Shown here: positions 37,935 through 48,329 of the stretch, piece after piece
Numbering within the stretch: the stretch's first letter is position 1
How the letters are laid out: each line of letters opens with the position of its first letter
DNA from: Chiloscyllium plagiosum
Lineage: Eukaryota
DNA: 64,000 nucleotides
NCBI RefSeq assembly: GCF_004010195.1
Contig: NC_057758.1
Coordinates: 1,446,927 to 1,510,926 of the forward strand
Direction: 5' to 3'
The notes under the pieces: generated by a model
Told to the model about the DNA's origin: nothing
The model's input: the letters and a program-made list of their open reading frames with translations, nothing else
Databases searched by the model: none
Position numbers and translations under genes: made by a program

Positions 37935-40660
37935 GAAGCTTAATGTTCCAGGGCATAGATGCTATAGGAAGTATAGAAGGGAGGGCAAGAGAGGAAGGGG
38001 AGTACCTATTTTGATGAGGGATAACATTACATCTCTACTTCGGGAGGATATTCCTGGGAATACATCTTGGCAAGTTATTGGGTCGAACTGAGAAATAAGA
38101 AAATGATGACTACCAAATTAAGATTGTTCTATGCTTCTCCCCACACAAGTCAGCCAGAAATTAAGAAACAAATTTGCAAGGAGATCTCAGTGATGTGTAA
38201 GACTAATAGGCTGGTTATGGTCAGCGATTTTACCTTTTTAAGCATAAACTGGGACTGCCACAGTGTTAGGTTTGAACGGAGAGGAATTTGTTAAGTGCGT
38301 ACAGGAAAACTTTCTGATTCCTTATGTACCTACTAGAGAAGGTGCAAAGCTTGACCTCCTGTGGGAAATAAGGCAGGACAGGTGACCGAAATGTCAGTGG
38401 GGGAGCATTTTGGAGCCAATGACCATAATTCTATCAGTTTAAAAATAGAGATGGAAAAGGATAGACCAAATCTAAAAGTTAAATCGCTAAATTGGAGGAA
38501 AGCCAATTTTGACAGTATTGGGCAAAATTTGATTGAGGGCAGATGTTCGCAGGTAAAAGGATGGCTGGAAACAGGGAAGCCTTCAAAAATGAGATACCAA
38601 GAGTCCACAGTCAGTATATTCTTGTTAGAGTGAAAGGCAAGGCTGGTCGGCGTAAGAATGTTGGACGACTGGACAAATTGTGGGTTTGGTTCAGAATAAG
38701 ATGGAAGCATATGTCAGACACAGACAGCAGGGATTAAGTGAATCCTTAGAAGAGTATAAAGTTAGTGAAACTATACTTTAGCAGGAAGTCAGGATGGCAA
38801 AAAGGCAACATGAGATAGCTTTGGCAAATAAGGTTAAGGAGAATCCAAAGAGATTCTCCAAGTTCATGAAGGACAGTAGGGTAACGAGTATAGGGTCCCT
38901 CAAAGATCAGCAAGGCAGCCTATGTGTGGAACCACGGGAGATGGGGAAGATAGTAAATGAGTATTTTGCATCAAGAGAGGGACATTGAATAAATAATGAC
39001 ATCTTAAAAAATGTCTATATTACAGAGGAGGAAGTGTTAGATGTCTTAAAACACATAAAGGTGGATAAATTCCTGGGACCTGATCAGGTGTACCCTAGAA
39101 CTTTGTGGGAAGTGAGGGAAGTGATTGCTGGGCGACTTGCTGAGATATTTGTATTCACGATAGTCACAGGTGAGGTGCTGGAAGACTGGAGGTTGGTTAA
39201 CGTGGTGCAACTACTTAAGAAAGATGGTAAGGAAAAAACAGGGAACTATAGACCAGTGGTCCTGACATTGGTGGTTGGCAATTTGTTGGAGGGATTCCTG
39301 AGGAACAGGAAAGGCAAGGATGGATTAGGGGTAGTCAACATTGTTGTGGACTACGCCAGACCACTCAAAACATTCTTAAGCAGGCAGCTCAGACCATAAC
39401 GTTGCAACGTGTTTTGGTAAGTGTACAGTGAAAATTACCTGGATTAAAAATTAGCTAGGTTGACTACTAGATTTTAACACAGACAAAATTTATTCACAAA
39501 ATGACACAATGAAACACAAGAACAGAATAAAGAACCCCTACAGAACTCAGCCTATCCAACTGGACTGAATTATGCTGTTTGGAATATACACAACAGTCCC
39601 AATAAGCAAACTCCCTTTAGAAACCTGTATAAATGGAACACATGCTTACAGGTTGAAGTTGAAGGGCAGAAATAGAGAGTTTTCACACAGCTCCCTGTTG
39701 AATTTTCAACCAATTGAAGACTGAATTAACACTGCTCAGCTAGAGAGCGGACGACTCCTGTTTCATTATACTTCTAAAGTATGACCACTTTGGCCTGAAG
39801 TCTCATTTGGTTACGTATAAACAAAAGGCCTCTCAAAATCCTTTTCATCTCTGTACCAAACCAGACTGATCGGAGCCCGGCCCGGTTCATTACTCCTCTG
39901 AATCGAATCAAGGACAAAGTATACTTGAACCAAGAAACAGCTTTTAGAAAAGAAAGGGACCAGCTTTGTGACAACATGGGGAAATCATGGTTCAGGAGCT
40001 TGATTGAATTTTTTGAAGAAGTAATGAAGAGGATTAATGAGGACAGAGCAGTGGACAAGGTCAATATGGACTTCAGAAAGGCATTCGACAAGGCTGATCA
40101 TGATAGATTGATTAGCAAGGTTAGATCTCTTGGATTACAGGGAGAATTAGCCATTTGGTACAGAAGTGGCTCGAAGGTGGAAAGATGTTGTGAAACTTAA
40201 AAGAGTTCAGAAAAAGATTTACAAGGATGTGTCAGGGTTGGAGGGTTTGAATAGGCTGGGGCTGTTTTCCCTGGAGTGTCAGAAGCTGAGGGGTGACCTT
40301 TATAGAGGTTTATAAAATCATGAGGGGCAGAGATAAGGTAAATAGACAAAGTCTTTTCCCTGGGGTGAGGGAGTCCAGAGCTAGGGGGCATAGGTTTAGG
40401 GTGAGAGGAGAAAAACTTAAAAACTCAGGGACACCTTTTTCATGCAGAGGGTGGTGAGTTTATGAAATGAGCTGCCAGAGGAAGTGGTGGAGGCTGGTGC
40501 AGTTACAACATGGATGGTGTATGAATAGAAAGGGGTTAGAGGGATATGGGCCAATTGCTAGCAAATAGGACGAGAATAAGTTAGGTTGTTGGGCTGGCAC
40601 GGATGAGTTGGACCGAAGGGTCAGTTTTCATGCTGTATTTCTCTGTGACTCTATGGCTCT
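37935..40660 (+). mobile_element. CR1 LINE ORF2, degenerate, with a nested solo LTR
   Basis: EHFGANDHNS, ENPKRF, GNYRPV and MDFRKAFDK motifs. Confidence 0.9.
39342..39973 (-). mobile_element. Solo LTR (632 bp)
   Basis: TGTTGTGG...TGTGACA termini with perfect 4-bp TSD ACAT/ACAT inside a CR1. Confidence 0.88.
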
Positions 40661-41181
40661 ATACCAAGCATACAACCATGCGGTATCGAAGAAGCTGTTT
40701 CGCCCATTGAGTCTGAACCAATAGTCAACAGAAATCCATCAATTAGCATGAAATATCGCCTTTAGAATATTTCTCGTGAATTTTTATCTTGCACTGATAG
40801 TGATGACTTTTTAATCTGCTCTTCCAGGATATTTGAAGGGGAGGATTTGAAGGAAGAATTCTGGAACTGACAAGATTTGAAATCAATCAATCTGTCAGGA
40901 TCTGAATGTCATAGATCTTTAACCATGGAAGAAGAAATATTCCTCTCATCAGTCTGCTTCACAAGGTTTAAAAAATGAATGTGACTGGAGAAAGATTGTG
41001 AGACACACATGAATGAGAGTGTTTTAGTGCTCTGACAGTGAAGAAAAGCTGTAACTAATTTAACAGCCTGAAAAAGAAATTATAGTTCACAGCAGAGAGA
41101 GGAAGAGAGACCATACGTATGTTCTGTGTGTGTGAACAAGGCTTCAACTGATTGTTAAACCCTGAGAGACACACTCTCAGC

Positions 41182-41856
41182 ATGAATAAATCCTGGAAAT
41201 GTGGACAATGTGGGGAAGGATTCCCTTCCCCATCTGCACTTGACATTCATGAGCGCAGACACACTGGAGAGAAGCCATTCACCTGTTTCATGTGTGAGAA
41301 AGGTTTCATTTCCGTCTCCAATCTGCTAAGACACCAGCAGCTTCACGCTGGCAAGCGACCATTCACCTGCTCTGCATGTGGGAAAGGATTCTGTGATTCA
41401 CACAACTTGCTGCAACACCAACGGATTCACACTGGGGAGAGGCCATTCGCCTGCTCTCATTGTGGCAAGGGATTCACACAGTTATCCAACCTGCATGTCC
41501 ACCAGCGCGTTCACACTGGGGAGAAGCCTTTCATTTGCTCTCAGTGCGGGAGGGGATTCACGCAGTTATCCAATCTGCAAACGCACCAGCGAGTTCACAC
41601 CGGGGAGAGGCCATTCATCTGCTCTCAGTGCAGGGAAGGATTCTCTCGATTATCCAACTTGCAGAAACACGAGCGAGTTCACACAGGGGAGAGACCGTTC
41701 ATCTGCTCTCAGTGTGGGAAGGGATTCACACAGTCATCCCACTTGCGGAAACACCAACAGATTCACACCAAGGAGAGGTCATTCACCTGCTCTCAGTGCG
41801 GGAAGGGATACAATCGATTCTCCAGTCTGCAGAAACACCAGCGAGATCACCAGTGA
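41182..41856 (+). CDS. C2H2 zinc-finger protein, 8 tandem fingers, 224 aa, no KRAB/SCAN domain
   Basis: Intact ORF MNKSWKCGQCGEGF... with eight CxxC-x12-HxxxH fingers and TGEKP/TGERP linkers; exon acceptor CTCTTCCAG|G at 40827/40828. Confidence 0.92.
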   Translation: MNKSWKCGQCGEGFPSPSALDIHERRHTGEKPFTCFMCEKGFISVSNLLRHQQLHAGKRPFTCSACGKGFCDSHNLLQHQRIHTGERPFACSHCGKGFTQLSNLHVHQRVHTGEKPFICSQCGRGFTQLSNLQTHQRVHTGERPFICSQCREGFSRLSNLQKHERVHTGERPFICSQCGKGFTQSSHLRKHQQIHTKERSFTCSQCGKGYNRFSSLQKHQRDHQ

Positions 41857-42049
41857 CTGCAGGAGTGTTTTCTGCTGTTAGTGTTGCTGCCCATCACATT
41901 CAGGACCAAACTATGTTGATTCTGCCAGTGGGTGAAGTGGGAGGCTCAGAGGGTTTCTTTCTGCTGGACTGGCCACCTCAGCACTTTGCATCCAATGTGG
42001 CGGATGCTTCAAATGCCATAAGGAATTGATGAATGAGAGGAAGGTTTGG

Positions 42050-42960
42050 GAGGTAGAAGTTCTTCAGTTTACATTTCATGTTCTCCACGTTGGCATGGAA
42101 ACGGTCACGATAGGCGGTAGTTTTATTTAATTGACGTGGGGATGCTTCTCACAGAAGTTCCTTGGAAATTTGTAAAGGTGGCAGCTCATTTGGAATCGCT
42201 TAGGGGGAAAAGAAGCCAGAAGGTTTGCTGAGCTTGGATCTGGAGGAAGAAATCTCCAGTAAGGCTCTCACTGAGTCATGTGGTGGCAGGAAGCTGTTCT
42301 ACATCAAACAAATGAATGAGGATCAGAAAGGCCATTCAGCCTTTCGACACTGTCTCACCATGTGACAAGATAATGATGGATCGGATTGTCACATCCACTC
42401 CCATGTTCCTGTCTGAACCCTCGAAGCGTTGTCCTGAAGATGGTCAAAACAATGGTGCAGAAGACGTAACTGAATCAATGGAACTGATCTGTTTTTACTG
42501 GTGGGACGTTTAAAGCAAATTGCTGGAGATCATGGAGTAAATCAGTGTTGATAAAAGCAGATGGTGTTTTTCCAGGCAATGTTGCACCAAAAGGGGAAGC
42601 TCCTGAGAAACTCATCCTTCCTAATGCATTTCCCACGAGCGCAAATAGTTGCGAGGGATTTGGAAGCATTTATATATTTGGGGAAGTCATTTCCAGATGT
42701 CCAAGAAGGATTTTTATTTGGAGTTGCTGGCTCAGCTGAAATCGTATGAGGGAAAGCTTTGGACCTTTTCATTGTGTTAATGCATGTTATTGCGGGGAAA
42801 TGTGTGTCGAAGATACTTGCCAGAATATTGTGAATAGTTTTGGGGCCTCTGATTGAAGGACAGATATACTGGGCATTGAGGGTGTGCACTCGGCTGGCCC
42901 TAGGCATAGAGGGGCTGCTGAGAGGGGAAGATGAACAGATTGGGCTTGTACATGTTGCAA
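42050..42960 (+). mobile_element. Possible very old L1/Tx1-like ORF2 C-terminal remnant
   Basis: Weak resemblance only (FLFGVAG...LFIVLMHVIAGKC). Confidence 0.3.
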
Positions 42961-42989
42961 AATAGAGCAATGATACAGGACCTTACAGA

Positions 42990-43340
42990 AAAGTGTCTCA
43001 GTGGTTAGCGCTGCTGCCTCGCAGTACCAGAGATCGAGGTTCGATTCCGGCCTCGGGTGATTCTCTGTGTGGAGTTGCATGTTCTGCCTGTATCTGCGTG
43101 GGTTTCCTCCGGGTGCTCCGGTTTCCCCTCTCAATCCAAAAAGGTGCAGGTTATGATGAATTGGCCATGCTAAATTGCTCCAGAGTGTTCAGGGATGAGT
43201 AGATTAGGTGCATTAGTCAGGGGTAAATGTAGAGTGACAGGGTCGGGGTATGGGTCTGGGTGAGTTACTCTTCAGAAGGTCGGTCTGGACTTGTTGGACC
43301 AAAGGGCTTGTTTCCACACTGTAGGGATTCTATGATGATT
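42990..43340 (+). mobile_element. HE1-type SINE
   Basis: CTCAGTGGTTAGCGCTGCTGCCTC head and GGTTCGATTCC B box. Confidence 0.88.
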
Positions 43341-43547
43341 CAGAGATTTGACAGGGTAGTTGTAAAAAGTTTGTTTTCCCTTGTGGGAAAGTCTAGGACC
43401 ACACTGTGCACAATCGCAGAATATTTGGTCATTTACTTGAGATAGAGACGAGGGCGAATTTCTTCTCAAAGGTTGTGAGGCTGAAATTCTTTACAAGTGA
43501 GACCTATCGGGGCTGGGTTATTACCTATGTTGAAGGCTGAGATAGAC

Positions 43548-44235
43548 TTTTTTTTAAACAAATATTTTTATTAAAGACCTTTGTAAATCTTTTACAAAAC
43601 ATCTATATACAAAAAAAAGAATAACATCAAAACATAGAAAGGTAGAGACAGTACAATGAAGTTATAACGTGACACTATTAGTAATGGACGACCTGCTATT
43701 CTACCAAAACAAACGCAATTACTTAATTTGTTTGTAGTTTAGTTTAAGTTAAATAAATATTAAATTAAACTAAATTCAAGCAGCTTAGACTAAATCTTAT
43801 ATCTCACTACTTATTCTATTTCACTTATCACACCTCCACTGAGGCTCTCATCCCTGGGACCACCAGCTATAGTACCCGCGTTCTTTTTCTCCCAGCCTTC
43901 CCCTCCCAGGCCCCCACGGCACCCATACTGATTCCCAGAGCTATACCACGGCCCTAAATAATATTACTGATAAGTCTGCATCAATATAATTTAAAAAGGG
44001 CCGCCACGTCTTGTGAAACTGCTCTGTTTTGTGGTGCGCCATATTTGTGAGGTAGTCTTGGGGGAGATGCTCCATCACCAGCCTACGCCACCCATAAGAC
44101 CTGCTGGTTTTTCCGATGTCCAATTCACTACCATGTTCTTCCTCGCACAGTGGGTAAGAATGTTACATGATCTCTACCCATGTTTCCCCAGAGAGGGCAA
44201 ATTTGGCAACCCCAAAAGAAGAAATACCAGATCCC
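43548..44235 (-). mobile_element. L1-clade LINE 3' end
   Basis: ORF2 C-terminus LLLGLPN...FHKTWRPFLNY, then 3' UTR, AATAAA and an A8 tail on the minus strand. Confidence 0.8.
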
Positions 44236-44414
44236 TTAGGTCCGTTTTATATCATTCCCTTCTCACCCTAAACCTATGCCCTCTAGTTCTGGACTCCTGC
44301 AAACCAGAGAAAAGACTTTCTTTATTTATCCTATCCATATCCCTCATGATTTTATAAACTTCTATAAGATCACCCTCAGTCTCCAATGCTCCAGGGAAAA
44401 CAGCCCCACTGCTT

Positions 44415-44990
44415 CAGGCTAACTTAATAAAGACTATATTTTAAAAATGTAATCAAGAGACAGATCTCAATAAAACGTATAATCAAGAGAGAACCCAATA
44501 CTCACTATTGGAGATCTACAGCAAGGTTACATTTAAAATTACGTATTTAACTGTTTCTGTGCTGTGACCTCTTTCAAACAAGTTCCTCCAAGATCAGTTG
44601 TGAATCTTTGAGAAAGAGCTTTGGCAATGTTAAGTATCAGAATGAGAAACTGGGGAGAAATCCCAAGTAAATTCCAGTGGGTTGTGGCATACCTTTGGGT
44701 TGAATCCTGAAGAAAGTGAATAAATCTTCCAGATTTCGTGAGATAAAGGGTGTAAAAGTAAAACTGAATTCAAATCTTTACATAGATTGTGTTAAGCTAG
44801 GATGTTTCTTTGTTTAATTTTTCATTCACACAATAAAATTTGTTTTTGTTTAGCTGTGAAATGTGGTGCCATGCAACTTTCAATTATTTAATGTAAGTTT
44901 GAATTTATTTGTACATTTTGACTGTCCTGACAAACATTGCAAGATTCTTATTCCCTGGGGATGAATGTGACCAGGGTCACTCGGTGAGAA
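44415..44990 (+). mobile_element. Partial LTR
   Basis: AT-rich U3/R-like sequence with AATAAA, ending GACCAGGGTCAC; termini not clean. Confidence 0.4.
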
Positions 44991-45039
44991 TCTCCACAGT
45001 GAGGCAGCAGAATCCAGTCAGCCTCAGAAAGTGATGACC

Positions 45040-45365
45040 AGATTAGATTAGATTACATGACATTACAGTGTGGAAACAGGCCCTTCGGCCCAACAAGTTC
45101 ACATCGACCCGCCGAAGCGTAACCCACCCATACCCCTACATTTATCCCTTACCTAACACTACGGGGCAATTTTAGCATGGCCAATTCACCTGACCTGCAC
45201 ATCTTTGGACTGGGGGAGGAAACCGGAGCACCCAGAGGAAACCCACGCAGACACGGGGAGAATGTGCAAACTCCACACAGTCAATCGCCTGAGACGGGAA
45301 TTGAACCCGGGTCTCTGGCGCTGTGAGGCAGCACTGCTAACCACTGTGCCACCATGCCGCCCACA
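45040..45365 (-). mobile_element. HE1-type SINE, little diverged
   Basis: Complete head GTGGGCGGCATGGTGGCACAGTGGTTAGC on the minus strand and (TCTAA)n tail. Confidence 0.92.
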
Positions 45366-45469
45366 AAAGCACATATTCAAGTTACAAAGTGCGTGGCCTG
45401 ACGAATTTGTTTTTATGTGACACGGAGCATTAGGTGCCGATCTCTCGTTACCCCTGAAAGGTTACAGGC

Positions 45470-45780
45470 TGCACGGTGGCAAGCACTGCTGCATTATAGC
45501 GCCAGAGACCTGGGTTCGTTTCCAGCCTCTGACGACTGTGTGGAGTTGGCACATTCTCCCCGTGTTACGTGGGTTCCTGCTGGTGCTCCAGTTTCCTCCC
45601 AAAGTGCAAAGATGTGAAGGTTAGGTGGATTGGCCATACTAAATTGCCCTTAGTGTTCAAAGATGTGTGGGTTAGGTGTATTAGTCAGGGGTAGGGGGAT
45701 AGTTCTGGGTGGGTTAGTCTTTGGAGGGTCAGTTTGGACTTGTTGGACTAAATGGCCTGTTTCCACACTGTCAGGATTGT
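45470..45780 (+). mobile_element. HE1-type SINE
   Basis: Degenerate head with typical body and tail. Confidence 0.8.
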
Positions 45781-46835
45781 ATCAAGTGATGGTGTGTCAG
45801 TCAGCTCCTTGAAGTGCTCTGGAGTCACTGTGTCTGCTTTGTGACCACTGGAACCTGTCTCTCCTACAGAATACATGTTGGTTCCTCCCTGTTTTAAAAA
45901 ATTCTCAAGGTCAGGTTCATAGGAGAGTAGTCTGACACAGAACAAACGACCAAGAGGCGAGTCTGCTAGAATATGAGCATTTTATTCCCCGCAGCGTCGC
46001 CACAACCAGGTCTCATACTTACAACGGGTCTGGCTTATACTCACTCTACATGTTACCGGAACTGGGAGCCGTCAGTTCTCGTAGAGCGGTTCCCAACAAC
46101 CCACGCTCGGCGGTTAAACGTAACCCCGGAGCAGACTCACCGAACTGGAGACTTTTCCAGCTGATATACTCTTTTCCAGATATAAACATTCATGTGAACA
46201 GCAGAGCAAGGCTAAAAAACACATTCCATTCTGGTTACATACAGATAAGAAGATTCACACGGGGAGGTGTGTAATAAGATTCACACGGGACTAAGCAACA
46301 CCTCCATTCCGGTTAGATTCACACATGTATTGGGACATAATTTTACACCACACTCCCTTAAATTGGTGTCCTTAGCTGGTAGGGTTTTAGCTGGTGAGAG
46401 GAAGAGAGAGCACAGCAGCTCGATAGTTTCGACTCCAGACTGCGAGTGTCTGAAAGACACATACAGCCACAGGCCCTGGACCTGGGATTACTCAATCTCT
46501 TGTGGGTGTTGGGGTTCCCAGAAATTGCCTGAATCAGGTGGTGAGGGGAATGTGGGTGGTATCTCGAAATGGGAGACTGCAGACTGGAGGTGGGTCTGGG
46601 AATTCTGCGAGCCCCCTCGGTCCAAAAACGTGTTGGTGCTGCTCCCTCCTCCTGCATCCACCACTGGCCACCATGGGATCTTGCTGAGTGCACTCTGGAT
46701 GCTGCCTTTCTTCTGGAGGAGATTGGGATCTCAACTTTCCAGCAGTCCTTCCCTTTTCTGGGCGCTGCCGACTCAATGGTTGCTCCCCACTGAGGAAAGG
46801 TGAACCCTGATTTCTCTCTCTGCCCACTGAGGAAA

Positions 46836-47335
46836 NNNNNNNNNNNNNNNNNNNNNNNNNNNNNNNNNNNNNNNNNNNNNNNNNNNNNNNNNNNNNNNNN
46901 NNNNNNNNNNNNNNNNNNNNNNNNNNNNNNNNNNNNNNNNNNNNNNNNNNNNNNNNNNNNNNNNNNNNNNNNNNNNNNNNNNNNNNNNNNNNNNNNNNNN
47001 NNNNNNNNNNNNNNNNNNNNNNNNNNNNNNNNNNNNNNNNNNNNNNNNNNNNNNNNNNNNNNNNNNNNNNNNNNNNNNNNNNNNNNNNNNNNNNNNNNNN
47101 NNNNNNNNNNNNNNNNNNNNNNNNNNNNNNNNNNNNNNNNNNNNNNNNNNNNNNNNNNNNNNNNNNNNNNNNNNNNNNNNNNNNNNNNNNNNNNNNNNNN
47201 NNNNNNNNNNNNNNNNNNNNNNNNNNNNNNNNNNNNNNNNNNNNNNNNNNNNNNNNNNNNNNNNNNNNNNNNNNNNNNNNNNNNNNNNNNNNNNNNNNNN
47301 NNNNNNNNNNNNNNNNNNNNNNNNNNNNNNNNNNN
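46836..47335. other. 500-N scaffold gap (round size, true length probably unknown)
   Basis: Exactly 500 Ns. Confidence 0.95.
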
Positions 47336-47904
47336 TCCTGGTGTGGAGGGGTGCGAGGAGTGAGGGGGACCGGGATGGGTCCAGGTTCAGCCATGAGGCA
47401 GTCAACCCGTTCTCATCCCATCCCGTGTTACAAAATCGTGGAGGAGCAGCACTATGTCAACTTATGTTAGAATCAGCACATGCTTTAAATGTTGGAACTT
47501 CCGAAACCAAGTCCCCAATTCGTCAATGCCCTTCCAGCCAATTTGTGTTATCGAAATGTGCCTTATAGCAGGATGCCTTGTACTTGGGTGAGCCTCTTGA
47601 AGCATCTTAATTTTCAAGGCATTGGGCCGAATGCGGGAAAGTGTGACGAGCGTAGGTCGTAGCATATTTTTGGTGCACGCTCGATGGGCTGAAGGGCCAA
47701 ATTTGGGTTGTATGATTCACACAGGAGCTACATGCACGCTCGTGCGCGCACATTCCTCACACAAGGACTGTCATGTACCCATAGCCAGCTATGCATGCAC
47801 GCGGGCATGGACACGCGAACACACATACCCTCATTCACTATCCAATTCCCTCGTCTTCCCCCATTTAGGATTGGACGGGAGTTGACTCTGCGCTCTGTTT
47901 TCAG

Positions 47905-48017
47905 ATTGCTTTGTGATGTCTGAATATCCTGCACAGCCCACCGATGGTCAGGACAAGATCTGCCTGCGTGTACGGGGAGTGGAGAGAAACTCGTTCCAGG
48001 ACATCACCATCGGGAAG
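47905..48017 (+). CDS. NFATC2IP: NFATC2IP/NIP45-like penultimate exon (start of SUMO-like domain 2); in-frame ATG at 47916
   Basis: Acceptor CTCTGTTTTCAG|AT and donor AAG|GTGAGT. Translates (D)CFVMSEYPAQPTDGQDKICLRVRGVERNSFQDITIGK, matching the recalled DCVVL...LQLRVQGKEK pattern of NFATC2IP. Confidence 0.8.
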
Positions 48018-48329
48018 GTGAGTGTGGAGGGAGGGGCTGAGGTGTAAAAGAACACTGCATTGTTCAGGCAAAGACCCTAATAGCAGGGGAACACCATCCA
48101 TTACACTTTGTCCAACAGCCACTTGGCAAGAGTGATCACACCAATGCGTTCTATTTTTATAGGAAATGGATAGCTGGAAACTGGAACAAAACTACTGCAC
48201 TGGCTGAGGCTGTCAATCAGATTCCAGTTTGTAACTCACTCCTAAGTGGCTATTATTTTATATAAACCACTCCTTAGCTCTTCAGTTCGATTTTACCCTG
48301 TAACACACTCCCCAGTAAACATTTTGACA

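Noticed and set aside
41378..42029. 167-aa and 189-aa ORFs overlapping the ZNF
   Set aside because: Shifted-frame shadows of the zinc-finger repeat.
46534..47405. Long ORFs spanning the N gap; MAEP start resembling the N-terminus of human NFATC2IP
   Set aside because: Lengths are artefacts of Ns. The four-residue match is on the wrong strand relative to the SLD2 exons and is not significant.
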